This document shows positions 40,445-52,210 of a stretch of 64,000 nt of DNA, one piece after another. The position numbers and the translations under genes are program-made. Under the pieces are notes generated by a model. The model saw only the letters and a list, made by a program, of their open reading frames with translations, did not search any database and had not been told where the DNA came from. Positions within the stretch are counted from its first letter, which is position 1, and each line of letters begins with the position of its first letter. Origin of the DNA: Saccostrea echinata (Eukaryota); assembly GCF_033153115.1 (NCBI RefSeq), contig NW_026889790.1, positions 4,278,001-4,342,000 of the forward strand, written 5' to 3'.

Positions 40445-41526
40445 AACAAGATGCTCCCATATGGCAACTTATAGCAAGGGTTAAACTTTTTCATATGCAA
40501 ATCAAATATGTTGGTACCCAAAGTAAGGCCATGAGTCAAGGAATATACCTGTGAAATATGAAAGCCCTAGCAGCAACCATTGAATAGATGTGGAATTGGT
40601 TAAAGTTTTTCAAAAGTAAGTCAAGCATCAAGGTCAAATGGTCAAAATTAATCCCATTGAAAGGCCTTCTCACAAGGAGTACACATGTAAAATATGAAAG
40701 CCATAGCACTAATCGTTCAAAAGTTATGACCAAGGTTAAAGTTTTTCAAAAGTAGGTCAACTTCCAAGGTCAATGGATTACAATTGGTGGTATCCAAAGG
40801 AAGGTATTGTCACAAGGAATAGACATATTAATTATAAAAGCCCTAGCACCAACTGTTCAAAAGTTATGTCCAAGGTTACAGTTTGCCAAAAATAGGTCAA
40901 ACTCCTATGCCAAGGTCAAAGGGTCAAAGTTGTTGATATCCAAAGGAAGGTCTTGTCACAAGGATTACATATGTGAAGTATGAAAGCCCTAGCACCAACC
41001 ATTCAAATGTTATGACCAAGGTTAAAGTTTTCCAAAGTAGGTCATACTTCAAGGTCAAAGGGTCAAAGTTGTTGGCATCCAAAGGAAGTTCTTGTCACAA
41101 GGACTACATATTTGAAGTATGAAAGCCCTAGCACCAACCTTTCAAAAGTTATGGCCAAGGTTAAAGTTTTCCAAAAGTCGGTCAAACTTCAAGGTCAAAG
41201 TTGTTGGTATCCAAAGGAAGGTCTTGTCACAAGGATTACATATGTGAAGTATGAAAGTCCTAGCGCCAACCGTTCAAAAGTTATGGCCAAGGTTGAAGTT
41301 GAGTAAAATTTGGCAAAACTGGGTCAAACGTCAAGGTCAAATATGATGGTACCCAAAGAAAGGTCTTGTCACAAAGAATACACATGTGAAATATGAAAGC
41401 CATAGCTCTAACCAATCAAAAGTTATGGGCAATGTTAAAGTTTTTGCGGACAAACAGACAGCTAGACAAACGGACGGACAAGGCAAAAACTATATACCCC
41501 CGAATCTTCGATACGTGGGCATAAAA
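40445..41526. mobile_element. HINE-like element with a ~140-bp tandem array (~7 units)
   Basis: GAAAGCCCTAGC recurs at about 40560, 40696, 40837, 40982, 41121, 41253 and 41395. Starts AACAAGATG; ends with a GGAC microsatellite, short hairpin and GGGCATAAAAA. Confidence 0.8.
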
Positions 41527-41663
41527 ATATATTTCTACTAGGCCTCCAGACTTATGAAAATGATCAAAAATTCTATAAACTAACACTGATATGAATAACT
41601 ATGAATTGGAAAATACTAGGAAGATGAACTATCATTCTTATAACAGCACGTCAGTTCACTTAA

Positions 41664-42258
41664 AGTCGCCCGCGTGGCGCAGTGGTTAGAGCGTCTGCGC
41701 TAGAGTCGCGGAGTAAGGAGTTGATCCTTACGTCGCGGGTTCGAATCCACTGCGGGACGTGGAGACCGGTCCTTCCAATGAGACCGTATAAACCGAGGTC
41801 ACGTGTCGCAGTAGGTATTGGCACGAAAAAATCCCTCACTGCTTAATGGCCCTAGGTGCCGAGAATAGGTACAAATTTGCAGCCCTCCACCCGCAAGGTG
41901 GTGGCGTCTTGTCGTAGCTGTTTGTTTGGGGAATGAGAGGCTGGACAAGATGATTCTTACAGGGAGAAACGACCACACACCTTTTAACATTTCGACCATT
42001 TATTCACTGATCCCAAACTAAAAACCAAAACGTACAAGTCATTATATTCCGGAATTGTGGCCTGACCTCACTTGACCTGACACCATTACTCTACAAGTAA
42101 GAGCCTCGGTTAACGTCCCTACGCTCCTTATATACCTCGGCGCCAAGTCAAAAGTATCTCGCCGTGAACCTCTAGCATGCTGGAGTACTGACACCATATA
42201 CACAACAGTCTCCATATGAGTGAAAACTTCTCGAGAGGGATGTTAAACAACAAACAAA
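41664..42258 (+). mobile_element. tRNA-derived SINE with Deu/Nin-like core, interrupted by a solo LTR
   Basis: A box TGGCGCAGTGG, B box GGTTCGAATCC, core GAGACCGTATAAACCGAGGTC, (AAAC)n tail, 12-bp TSD CAGTTCRCTTAA (41652-41663, 42259-42270). Confidence 0.85.
41910..42207 (-). mobile_element. 298-bp solo LTR inserted in the SINE
   Basis: TGT...ACA termini and 4-bp TSD GTCT. On the minus strand a TATATAA (~42134-42128) precedes AATAAA (42004-41999). Confidence 0.75.
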
Positions 42259-42914
42259 CAGTTCGCTTAATCGAGTGTGGTAAAATTTCATTACCTGGTA
42301 ATTGATTACCATATTACTCATCGTTTGGATATATAGTTTCAGTGAAATGAATGGGCCTACTACTTTGCGTATGAAACATGGAACCCAACAATACCACTGA
42401 CCCAGTAATACTGACCAATCGCACTGAATGGTTGTTTAGGAGTAAGCAACAACACAAGTTCGTACAATGAGAAATATGGTGATCAACAGTTAAAATTTTA
42501 ACACGCTAATCAGGCCCGTAGGTAGCAATTTTAGTTAATGGGGGGGGGGGGGCACAGCTATACATTTCTATACATTTTCAGTTGGGGGCACGATCAACTA
42601 CCAAAATTCCTTGACAAGAGGGGGAACAAGCATATAGTAGCTATGTTTTCTATAGTAATCTATATATCGGCAAAATTATTTGGGGGGGGGGGGCACGCCC
42701 CCCCCCCCGTTCCTACGGCTATGCGTTTGATCAAGCAAAGTGACATGCTGTTATTGGATTAATATTACATCACCCATTGTGAACTACCATCAACACTTCA
42801 GAGTTTAATTATGGGGCAAAAATGACACTAAATCTGGATTATTACTAAAAATAACAAGCCTAAAAAATAAGCAACATCATAAATATGAAGAATTAACAAT
42901 AAATAACAAATAGT

Positions 42915-43810
42915 AAACTAGAAATATGTCCATAAGACACGAATACCTCGCCCGGAGTTCATTAGTAATGCAACATGAAAATCTGTGTAAGTACTAGTAT
43001 ATGAAGTTTGATGAAATATCTTGAATGGTTTACTGAGTTGAATGCAAGGTTTAGAAAAAATGAGGTCAAGGTCGAAGGAAAGGCCAAGGTAAAAAAGTTG
43101 ATGCAATTCAATAACACTCACCGAAATATATCAGCATATGGAGTTTGATAAAAAAAATCTTGATAAGTAACTTTAAAATTCAGCTACTAGGAAGTACAAA
43201 TTTGAGAAAAGTGAGGTCAAAGTCAAAGGAAATGTCAAAGTCAAAAATTTCGATGCAATTGAATAGCTTTTCATCAATATGTATAAGCATATGAAGTTTG
43301 ATAAAAATATCTTGAATAGTTTCTTAGAAACTGAGCTATACTCTTATTTAAGAAAAGTGTGGCCAAGGTTCAAGGAAATATTAAAGGTCAAGGTAAGAAA
43401 TGTTGATCAAATCGAATAGCTCAAACCAACATTTATCAGCATGTCAGGTTTGATAAAAATATCTTGAGAAACTAAGCACAATTTTTTGAAAAGTGAGGGC
43501 AAGGTCAGGAAAGGTCAAGGTCAAAAAATTTTGATGACTTTGAATTGATGACTCACCAATATGTATCAGCATACCTGTAAAAGGTTCTATAAAAATATCT
43601 GAAATGGTTTCTTTGAAACCAAACTTAACACAAATTTTTGAAAAGTGGGGTCAATGTCCAAGAAATGGTCAAGGTCAAAAAAATGTTGAAGCAGTTGAAT
43701 ACCTCTCATCAATGTGTATCAGCTTTTGAATTTTGATAAAAATATCTTGAAAAGTTTCTTTGAAACTGAGCTAAACACAGAGTGTGACGGAAGAAAGGCA
43801 TGGCTATAAA
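42915..43810. mobile_element. Second copy of the ~147-bp-array HINE family
   Basis: Same start (AAACTAGAAATATGTCCATA) and same monomer as 4672-5722; the end is partly deleted. Confidence 0.8.
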
Positions 43811-44435
43811 TAATAGAGGGATTCTTTCAAGCCCACAATGTGTGAGTGTGAATGTGGTGGGACTTTTGAACAATACACCTAGTCGTAGGCGTAGTCATCG
43901 ATCATACAATAGTTATACATGATGCCTTTTTTTATCCACTTTTACCTTACGTCAGTAAACAAGTCGGACTTCGTCACATCCGCACTAAACTTAAAGAAAC
44001 TAAAGCAAGTCCATGATCATGGATGTTGCCCAGCAAAGGCTCTAAATGCTACCACGTATGTCGGAAGACAATAATTCTGATTCAACCCGTCCATTCCCTA
44101 AGCTTAGATTTGTCAACAAAGGAATAGATGCTGCGAAAATTAGTAACATATTTTATCATTTAAAAGATTCAGTCTTGCATGCATTCCACCATATATCAAG
44201 TTGAAGTCTAGACCCTGCATTTCCTACAATTAAATATTCCCAAACTGTCGTTTCCAAACTTTTCAATTATAAACAAACCTTACGGTGCCTTGATATTGAA
44301 CATCAAACAAAACCCCCTATCTTTTATTCCTTACAAAAATAAATACTGCTCTGAAGGAGAAACGTGCTACAACATATTCTAGAAGTGGTGTAAATAAGAT
44401 ATGGATTCTCAGAAACTCCAAAGAACTTTAAGAAA

Positions 44436-44952
44436 AGGAGATGGGTGAACATAGCTTGCAGAAAGCCTATAGCTTCAGATATATAAAAATCATGTTAAAT
44501 TTGTGGATTTTGTATTCAGAGTAACGTTCTCATTATTGAAGTTTATGAAATTATGATAAAAAAACTTTTCTGAGGAAAATTTTCTCGGCAAAATTTATTC
44601 TTTTTTTTTTTTTAAAAATAATGTGGTACTCGTTGGGTTCGAATCCTAGAAATAAAAAACCTGAGTAACATTTTCTTTCGAGAATAGCACGCTAACCACT
44701 ATACTACACAAGTCCTGATGAATAGTGGCATTTAAATCATATTTTTTGTCCTCTTTAGTGTGTGTATAATGTTTCATAGGCAAATAATTTCAATCTTTGT
44801 GAGATTTTTGCAAATTGTAGAGATTTTACATAAAGTTTATTTTAATGTTAGATGAAATATCAAGGAAAATTTTGATATAATTGAGATTTAATTATTCACC
44901 TTCATGTTTGTCACACTATAGGCTTTTGGCTCGTCATGTTCACCCATCTTCT
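44436..44952. mobile_element. MITE (~515 bp) nested in the Penelope-like fossil
   Basis: Inverted termini AGGAGATGGGTGAACAT / ATGTTCACCCATCTTCT plus subterminal AAGCCTATAG / CTATAGGCTT. Confidence 0.7.
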
Positions 44953-45023
44953 TTTTAAAATCAAAAGTCAATAACAATAAAACGTACGACTTTTTTCCCT
45001 ATACACTTTATACAACCATTCCT

Positions 45024-45419
45024 TATGGTGTTAGGATAGGGCCATTTGCAAAAGCTCAACAGCGCGTTCAGAAAAACACGCTATCGCGCTAACACACAAC
45101 ACGCCATCACGCTAACACAATTATACAAAACACGTCATTGCGCTTATACACAACACGCCGTGGCGCTAATACGCTTTCAAACAACACGCTGTTGCGCTAA
45201 CACAACTTTACACACCACGCTGTCGCGTTGTCACACAACACGCTGTCGCGCTAACGCAAGTTTACACAACGCACTGTCACACAACTCCCTTACACAACTT
45301 TGTGATAGCGCGACGGTGAGTTGTGTGTTAGCGCGACTGCGTGTTGTGTGTTACCGCGACGGCGTTTTTTTCTGAACGCGCTGTTGAGCTTTTGCAAATG
45401 GCCCTATTCGGACACCATT
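45024..45419. mobile_element. Foldback MITE (396 bp), IS3EU-like
   Basis: ~85-bp TIRs beginning TATGGTG, 6-bp TSD ATTCCT (45018-45023, 45420-45425), internal ACACAACACGCTGTCGCG repeats. Removing it restores RT codons T-I-P-H-D. Confidence 0.85.
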
Positions 45420-47120
45420 ATTCCTCACGATAACTTGATAAAAAAATTAGGCATTTTAACATAACAGACAACTGCTTCTTCAAAAAAAAAAAAAAAATGG
45501 AACTCGTACATTTTGGTATCTTGTGATTGGTCATTAACAAAATTACTTTATTAAAAATTACTCTGACTCTGCAAACAAGTACTTTGAAGGTGATACTAAA
45601 GGGATGCTGGAGTTCCAAATAGACAACATCTATGTAGACTTACGATACCAGGTCTTCCAACAAACTGTTGGAATTACAATGGGAACTTACTGTGCTCCTT
45701 TATAAGCCGACCTGCTATTATATTCCTATGAAGCAGAATTTATTCAAAAACTTCTACATGAAAAGAAGAAAACACTTGCTGTGGCCTAAGATATATCGAC
45801 GAAGTTTTATCAATATAACAATTGTTACTTCCATTCATATATCCACTCGATATATCTCAGTGAACTTGAAATAATAGGCACAGAGTCTGTCTCGTCTGCT
45901 TCTTATTTGGATGTTTTACGGACTATTAATGATAAGGGCAAACTAACAACTAAATTATATGAAAACGAGACAACTAAATTAAATGACAAACGAGTTGACT
46001 TTAGCTTTTCCATCGTCATCTTTCCTGATTTATGTAGTAACATTCCGCTATCACTTGTATTATTGTATACATGTATGGTGTTTACCGCTATGTCTCCCAG
46101 CTTATTCGATACTCAAGAGCATGCTCTGAGTAAGATCAATTTTTAAACCGAGACAGCCTACTGACAGATTAGTTGATGTTACAAGGATTTCAACAACCTC
46201 GTTTAAAATCAGCATTTCCTACCTCTATAATCGTTTAATGACCTTGTTTTTAAATACAACCAATCGTTGGGTCGTGTTTTGACTGATATATTTCATACCT
46301 ATTGTTAGGCCTTTGACTTTACACTAATTTTGTCTACGGAATATTCCGTCTACCAGCTCACGGAGGTTGTGACCGGTCGATAGGGGATGCTTACTACTAA
46401 GACATCTGATCCTCCTCTGGAATTTCCGGGGGTTTGTGTTTTATGCTCTGTTGACATATTTTTAGTGTTTTTTGAGATCGATCACTGTTCGTTATCTTCA
46501 CATTTTTTCATTATCTGCCTAACGAAAGATATTATCTTTTATATAATGTTTTGAAAATATAATCAAACGCTTTCATAGAAATTTTTTTAATTAACCAAAT
46601 TCCAGATAACGATTAAAACTTAGGAACAATTTCAACCTGAGATACACTGTAATTATGTAATTCATGCATTTGTGTAGCAGTCAAGCAGAGTCGATCGCCA
46701 GTGGCCAGGGAACTCAGTAGACTAGTAATTCAGGGGACTGGGTTCGAATCCTGCATGGTCTGGTGACTCTGGTCCGTCGCATTTTTCTCTTTGCCGGTTA
46801 CGCTTATATATTATGAAATTGAGCCCTTTGCAATATTTACAGGCTGATTCTATTGAACATGTAATTCAATGATCAATGAAATTTACTTTAATAAGTATAG
46901 TCTTTATATCTTTTAGACAGTCTAAGAAAGATTTCATTTTCTTTTCCTCTAGATCTCTAGATCTGGTCGTATGACAGGAGGAGTTCTTTATATACTCAGG
47001 TACAGACCTCTCTCTAGATAATAAAACCAGTGTCCATACGTCACTGAATATCTAGTACTACAGCCCTCTCTTAAACTATCACCAAAGAATTGATGTCGAA
47101 AATATGGTGAAGATGCGTAC

Positions 47121-47263
47121 NNNNNNNNNNNNNNNNNNNNNNNNNNNNNNNNNNNNNNNNNNNNNNNNNNNNNNNNNNNNNNNNNNNNNNNNNNNNNNNN
47201 NNNNNNNNNNNNNNNNNNNNNNNNNNNNNNNNNNNNNNNNNNNNNNNNNNNNNNNNNNNNNNN
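47121..47263. other. Assembly gap (N run)
   Basis: Run of N. Confidence 0.99.
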
Positions 47264-48894
47264 ACACTTGTATTTAAATCTGAACCTTGTCCTTGGTAAG
47301 ACATATATTTAACTACCTGCTTGTTTCCTAATTGGATTTTAGTCTCTTTACCTGCCTTCCATGGGGATCGATTTTGTTCAGAATATTTAATCATAATAAA
47401 CATCACAAGTCTCTGGTACAGACACCAGGATTGGTTGTATTACTTTCTTCTCTCTAATTTTAGCTTACAGTGATTAAAAACAGAACTTCAAAATTATTCC
47501 TGCGCACATCTCACAGAATTCAAACTTTAATCTTTTACTTAAAGATATTTTTGGTTGAAAATTAGATCTCAGAATAGAAAATACATGTACATTGATCAAT
47601 TTTTAATGCATCAAATAATGTCTATAAAGGGAACATTAATTATCGCTCTGCATGTGAAATTGAATACAGATTCCAAATTAATTTGTAACTGTTATTGGTT
47701 AGTGGTTATTTTCTTTTTAATAATGTAAATACACCTTTTGATAAGGCAGATATTATACCATTCCATAGGCGCTCCCCATTGTACACGACGACATGGTAGG
47801 TATACCTATTAAGTCCATCACTCTACTATAAAATCAATAGGAAAACGTAAAAATAGCAAAATGCACAAACTACCACGCGTTTACAGTTTCATTACAAACT
47901 ACGTAAACAAACTTGATAAATAATTACAATTGTGCCCCGTCATTTATAACATCTGATGTCTAAAACCTTCGTAAAGATTTTAAATTCTTATTCACAGAAT
48001 TTTCGTGTATTCAACTGATTTCTTCAGAGAAAATGTCTTCGTTAAACTGGACACCTCATTACGGAGCGATCAGCTTGTCAATAATAACAAAAGGGGAAAT
48101 ATGAATCCAAATCGAACCCGATGTAAATAGACCATTAGCATCAATACCAAATTTACATAGGTCACAAAGCAGGATATAGATAAATCAATTGTTCCCAAAA
48201 TAATACGAAGATGAAACCTGGGCTATTGGAGACAATTTCCCAGAAGAAATTCTATACACGGAAATTCTGAGAAAAGAATTTAAAGTCTTAACGAAGGTTT
48301 GAGAAAGTTTTATGGAGAGGAGGGGTGGGGGGTAGGGATGCCCTATACAGGCCTGTTTAGACGGTGATCAGTGTGTGAAGTCAGGCATGCATTTTGTGAC
48401 TACATGTATTTGCGCATTGAGATTGAATCCATTTTTGAGTCCCTAACCCTGTTACGATATCTTATACAATATAGAATTTCAAACAACGAGCGTGAAGAAA
48501 ATAGTAGTATATGTATTTATATTTATAAATAATTACACAAGTAAGAAAAGGTGAGATGAACATAATACAAGGAATAAAACAAAAAATCAAATCGTTGAAG
48601 ATTTATTTTCTCTCCTTACAACCATTTATTTCGGGCTTTTTATTTCAGTATTGAAATAAAGGTTATACGATGTGGTGAAAATGGATATAGAATTTAATTC
48701 ACGACTGGGACATTTTTTTTATTTTTCAAAATTGCAAATTACAAGCTAAATTATTACCAACACCAACAACAAAACAAAAATCATGTCTCACGAGTGAAAT
48801 AAATTCCATATCCAACTACAAAATATTGGATTTTTTGTTTATTACATTTTCTTCGGTTTTTCTCTTTAGGGAAATTCAAAACAATATTGCGAGG

Positions 48895-49030
48895 NNNNNN
48901 NNNNNNNNNNNNNNNNNNNNNNNNNNNNNNNNNNNNNNNNNNNNNNNNNNNNNNNNNNNNNNNNNNNNNNNNNNNNNNNNNNNNNNNNNNNNNNNNNNNN
49001 NNNNNNNNNNNNNNNNNNNNNNNNNNNNNN
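48895..49030. other. Assembly gap (N run)
   Basis: Run of N. Confidence 0.99.
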
Positions 49031-49738
49031 GATAAAGACTTTACTAGATTTGAACAATTATCAACTTTATTTTTAGAACTCGTATATTATTTTGAACTAT
49101 AAAATAAGAATTAATTAAATATTTCTTGCTATGCGCCACTGTGCGATTGACATGTACACGTGTAGTCCGGTTGTTATTTTCACATTGTAAAAATAAACTC
49201 CTACATGTATTTTCACAGTGGACAAAAACATCTAAGAATATCAATTTTATTCAAAGGATAAATTACAATTTTTGGAAAGCTTTGTTTCAGATTTTTTTTT
49301 CCTGATTCAACAGAGACTACAGCCTGATTTTCAGTGTGCCCAAGATCAGAATTATATTCTCTGAAATTGTTCGAGGTTAAAATATTTATAGATTATTTCT
49401 GTCCAAAACCCCTCAGATCTATGTGTTTTAACACATTAGATATTATAAAGACATTCCTTTCCAAATCTGGATGTAGAGTTGATTAAAAAAAACTTTTATA
49501 GTTTATGTATCATGTATCTTATTTTTTAGTTCTCTGGTACATGTGCTTTACAAACCAAAAGCGAAATTTTGAATAGAAAAATAAAATTATTTTAATTTTA
49601 CGTCTAATTAGAAAGTGAGAAGGTGCTTTAGAAAAGAGGAAAAAGAGCCTGGTTTCTTGTATATTCATATCAACATACTAGATTTAAATTACTACTCGAT
49701 TGGTATTGACATTTAGTCAAAAGAGGTGTACTATTACC

Positions 49739-49819
49739 ATCCTCATAACGTCACGGGTCCTCAATCAAATAGTTGCCGTTGGCAACGAGTTGACTCAGGA
49801 CCCCTGACATTGTGAGGAT
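49739..49819. repeat. ~80-bp hairpin/palindrome
   Basis: ATCCTCATAACGTCACGGGTCCT...GTTGCC-GTT-GGCAAC...AGGACCCCTGACATTGTGAGGAT. Confidence 0.75.
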
Positions 49820-50892
49820 AACTATTTACCCCTATTCCTGATATTTCTGTAATGAAGAGAAGTCTTGTTTATTAACTGAATATTTAAATACATGTGTATA
49901 AGGCAAGCAAGTATTCTGTAGTATGTTTGCCTTCAACCATTTTTCTTAATTTTCATGCGTTTCTTGTTAACGGCGGGTTTACTGAATGACTTCAAGCTTT
50001 GCACCTTTTTTGTAGCGTTTCCTTTCGAACACATTATTCACAAGTTGAGGCAAGGGATCCACGTAAAATGATACATGATGGGAGAGCTGTTATTTCTTGC
50101 TGAACTTTTTCGTAAATTTGTGAAAGTTATCAGGTTAAAAAAAGCATTTATAACCAAGAAAGCAATCACAATTTTACATTATTTTCAAAATATATATTAA
50201 AACAAATCTACGTAGTCTGTATGAAAGCAGTTCGTTATTTGTGTTTATTATGAAAATAAAAAATAATTATGACGAATGATCTTTTTAGAAATTAGTATAG
50301 ATATTTGAGCTTTCTGAATCACGTTATTGCTCGCTGGTTATTTCTGTACGGCGAGGCGACATTCACCCGAGGGAAGTAAATCCCCATCTCTACATCGGTA
50401 GAATGAACACTAATAAAACAGAAACACACCACCTTAAAGATTAAATTTATATAAGAGTTCTAATAAACACTATTTCTTTTCCTGATAAACATCAGTTGTT
50501 GATTTATGAACATGACAAAAATATTTTTATTTATATAAAAACAATCAACTTGGATCTACGTTAGAATTCTCTAAATTACTCTATGTACAAACTGTAAATG
50601 ATTTTGGACATAACAAATAATCTGTCGCAACAGAGACCACATGATGGCCAACAATTCACCCAATTCTAAGTTTCTTTCAAACAAATGAAGATTTCCGTAC
50701 ACTAACAGTTCAGGGACGCCCAGTCGAACACGAATAACGGACTTCACCGAGACGCATGCGTCAATTGAAAATAAAATGACTTAGACGTTGGCATAATCCT
50801 GAGAGTGTCAAGTAAAGTTAGATATATGCAACGGAATTCAACAAAGTGCACACATACTGATCTGCATAGAAAATACACACAACGACTGGAGG

Positions 50893-51489
50893 CTACATCA
50901 CAACACATTTTCCCTTTAACTTTTCCTTTCTTTTTTGTGATTTTGTTTTCTTCGTCTCCAGTTGGAGACTCATTGTCCGCCGCGTCTCCAACTGAAGAAG
51001 CTCCTGAAACAATTCCTTCACATTGTAATTTGTTTTTGCCGAAGTTTCAAGAAAGGCACAATTCCAACTTTTTGCCAACTCGGCTCCCTCTCTTTGAGGA
51101 ACGTCACGGCATTCTTCGTCACATTTATTCCCTACAAGCATTACCGGAATGTCTCGGAGGTCACCCTTGATTTGAACAATCTCATTATAAATGGGTTTCA
51201 GTTCTTCCAAAGACTGACGGCTGGTAATGGAATACGTTAAAATGAAAGCATGGCCTTTGGAGATTGAAAGTCTTTGCATGGCGGGAAACTGGTGACTTCC
51301 GGTAGTGTCTGTGATTTGTAATGTACAAACCTGTTTATTACAACTTATCACTTGTCGGTAAGTATCCTCAATGGTAGGAATATAACTCTCCTTAAATGTT
51401 CCTTTCACAAACCTCAACACTAATGAACTTTTGCCCACTCCAGCCGCTCCAAAAACCACCACTCTATAGTCATTGCTCTGTTCGGGCAT
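50893..51489 (-). CDS. DIRAS2: GTP-binding protein Di-Ras (DIRAS1/2 family), 198-aa core starting [10 protein letters not shown]
   Basis: [15 protein letters not shown]-loop [17 protein letters not shown], Di-Ras-specific [17 protein letters not shown] and C-terminal CaaX CVVM. Best regarded as a DIRAS1/2 co-ortholog. Confidence 0.95.
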   Translation of the reverse strand: MPEQSNDYRVVVFGAAGVGKSSLVLRFVKGTFKESYIPTIEDTYRQVISCNKQVCTLQITDTTGSHQFPAMQRLSISKGHAFILTYSITSRQSLEELKPIYNEIVQIKGDLRDIPVMLVGNKCDEECRDVPQREGAELAKSWNCAFLETSAKTNYNVKELFQELLQLETRRTMSLQLETKKTKSQKRKEKLKGKCVVM

Positions 51490-52114
51490 CACGCGCAGGC
51501 GCACAGAACGATCCTTTGGTGGAATCTGTCAAAAATGAAAGATTTTTTTTTTTACAAACGTTAACACAGACAGTTATCAGATTAAAATGACTTTAACAAA
51601 TGATCAGAACCACTTAAAAGTGTTCTTTTTAATATAAATGTAGGCGACCACGCGTGTTTGAATGTCAAGACACATATCTGTCGAGACGTGGACACCTACA
51701 GAATAACAAAGGCTTTCATACAAGGATCACTAGAGAGGATTCCAAGTCCAGTGGGAATAATTGGTACTTAATTGATTAAAGTCTGTACGAGAACCGTTTA
51801 GATTCTCCAAATGGCCAGTATACAGAATAATTAACTGTCAGAAGCAGTGGCAAAGTTTAGGATGGACAACTTCATAATAGAACTGCTTAATATGGAAACT
51901 AGTACGCAGTTGTGACGTCATATAGCAATCAATTGGGCCCAAAGATTGCAATAGAACTTTCAAAGGGGCGTTAAATTACGGGGTGTATTGAACGTCTTGA
52001 AATAGGCAACAATCTCCAGATACTAAATGGATCTAGCTAATTGAAAAATGGAATTATCATAAAAGATCGGTTTCAGCTCTACTGGTCTTATAAACAAGAG
52101 TTATCTACCCTTAC

Positions 52115-52210
52115 CTGGAGTGCTGTTCTAGAGTTCACATTGGCCGATCCTCGGATGGACATTCGACTCACACCACTCATCGTGCCAGCTAACGTGTCGT
52201 CTTTGTTCAT
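52115..52210 (-). CDS. Probable upstream coding exon of Di-Ras (32 codons), splicing in frame to 51525 to give a 242-aa isoform
   Basis: ATG at 52210, open for 96 nt to CAG|GTAAG. Acceptor with a pyrimidine tract (TTTCATTTTTGACAG) at 51526, then 36 nt in frame with no stop to MPEQ. Confidence 0.65.

Larger units (their letters stand above)
43940..46512 (+). pseudogene. Decayed Penelope-like retroelement (reverse transcriptase fossil) with two nested DNA-transposon insertions
   Basis: Broken frames spell TYDF..LYTTIPHD, VFQQTVGITMGTYCAPL and RYIDEVLSI (RT motifs A, B, C) with stops and frameshifts. Tail GTGACCGGTCGATAGGGGATGCTTACT. Confidence 0.8.

Noticed and set aside
41666-41760. tRNA gene
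   Set aside because: A and B boxes are present, but the sequence continues into a SINE body, tail and TSD, and the box spacing is too long for a simple cloverleaf. Heads at ~33005 and ~46700 are more decayed.
45046-45375. 109-aa ORF
   Set aside because: Lies wholly within the internal repeats of the foldback MITE.
47071-49102. ORFs containing X runs
   Set aside because: Artefacts of translating across assembly gaps.
50805-51240. Plus-strand ORFs of 121 and 92 aa
   Set aside because: Antisense shadows of the Di-Ras CDS. The same applies to 31142-31369, 34468-34713, 25499-25711 and 60815-61015 over other genes.
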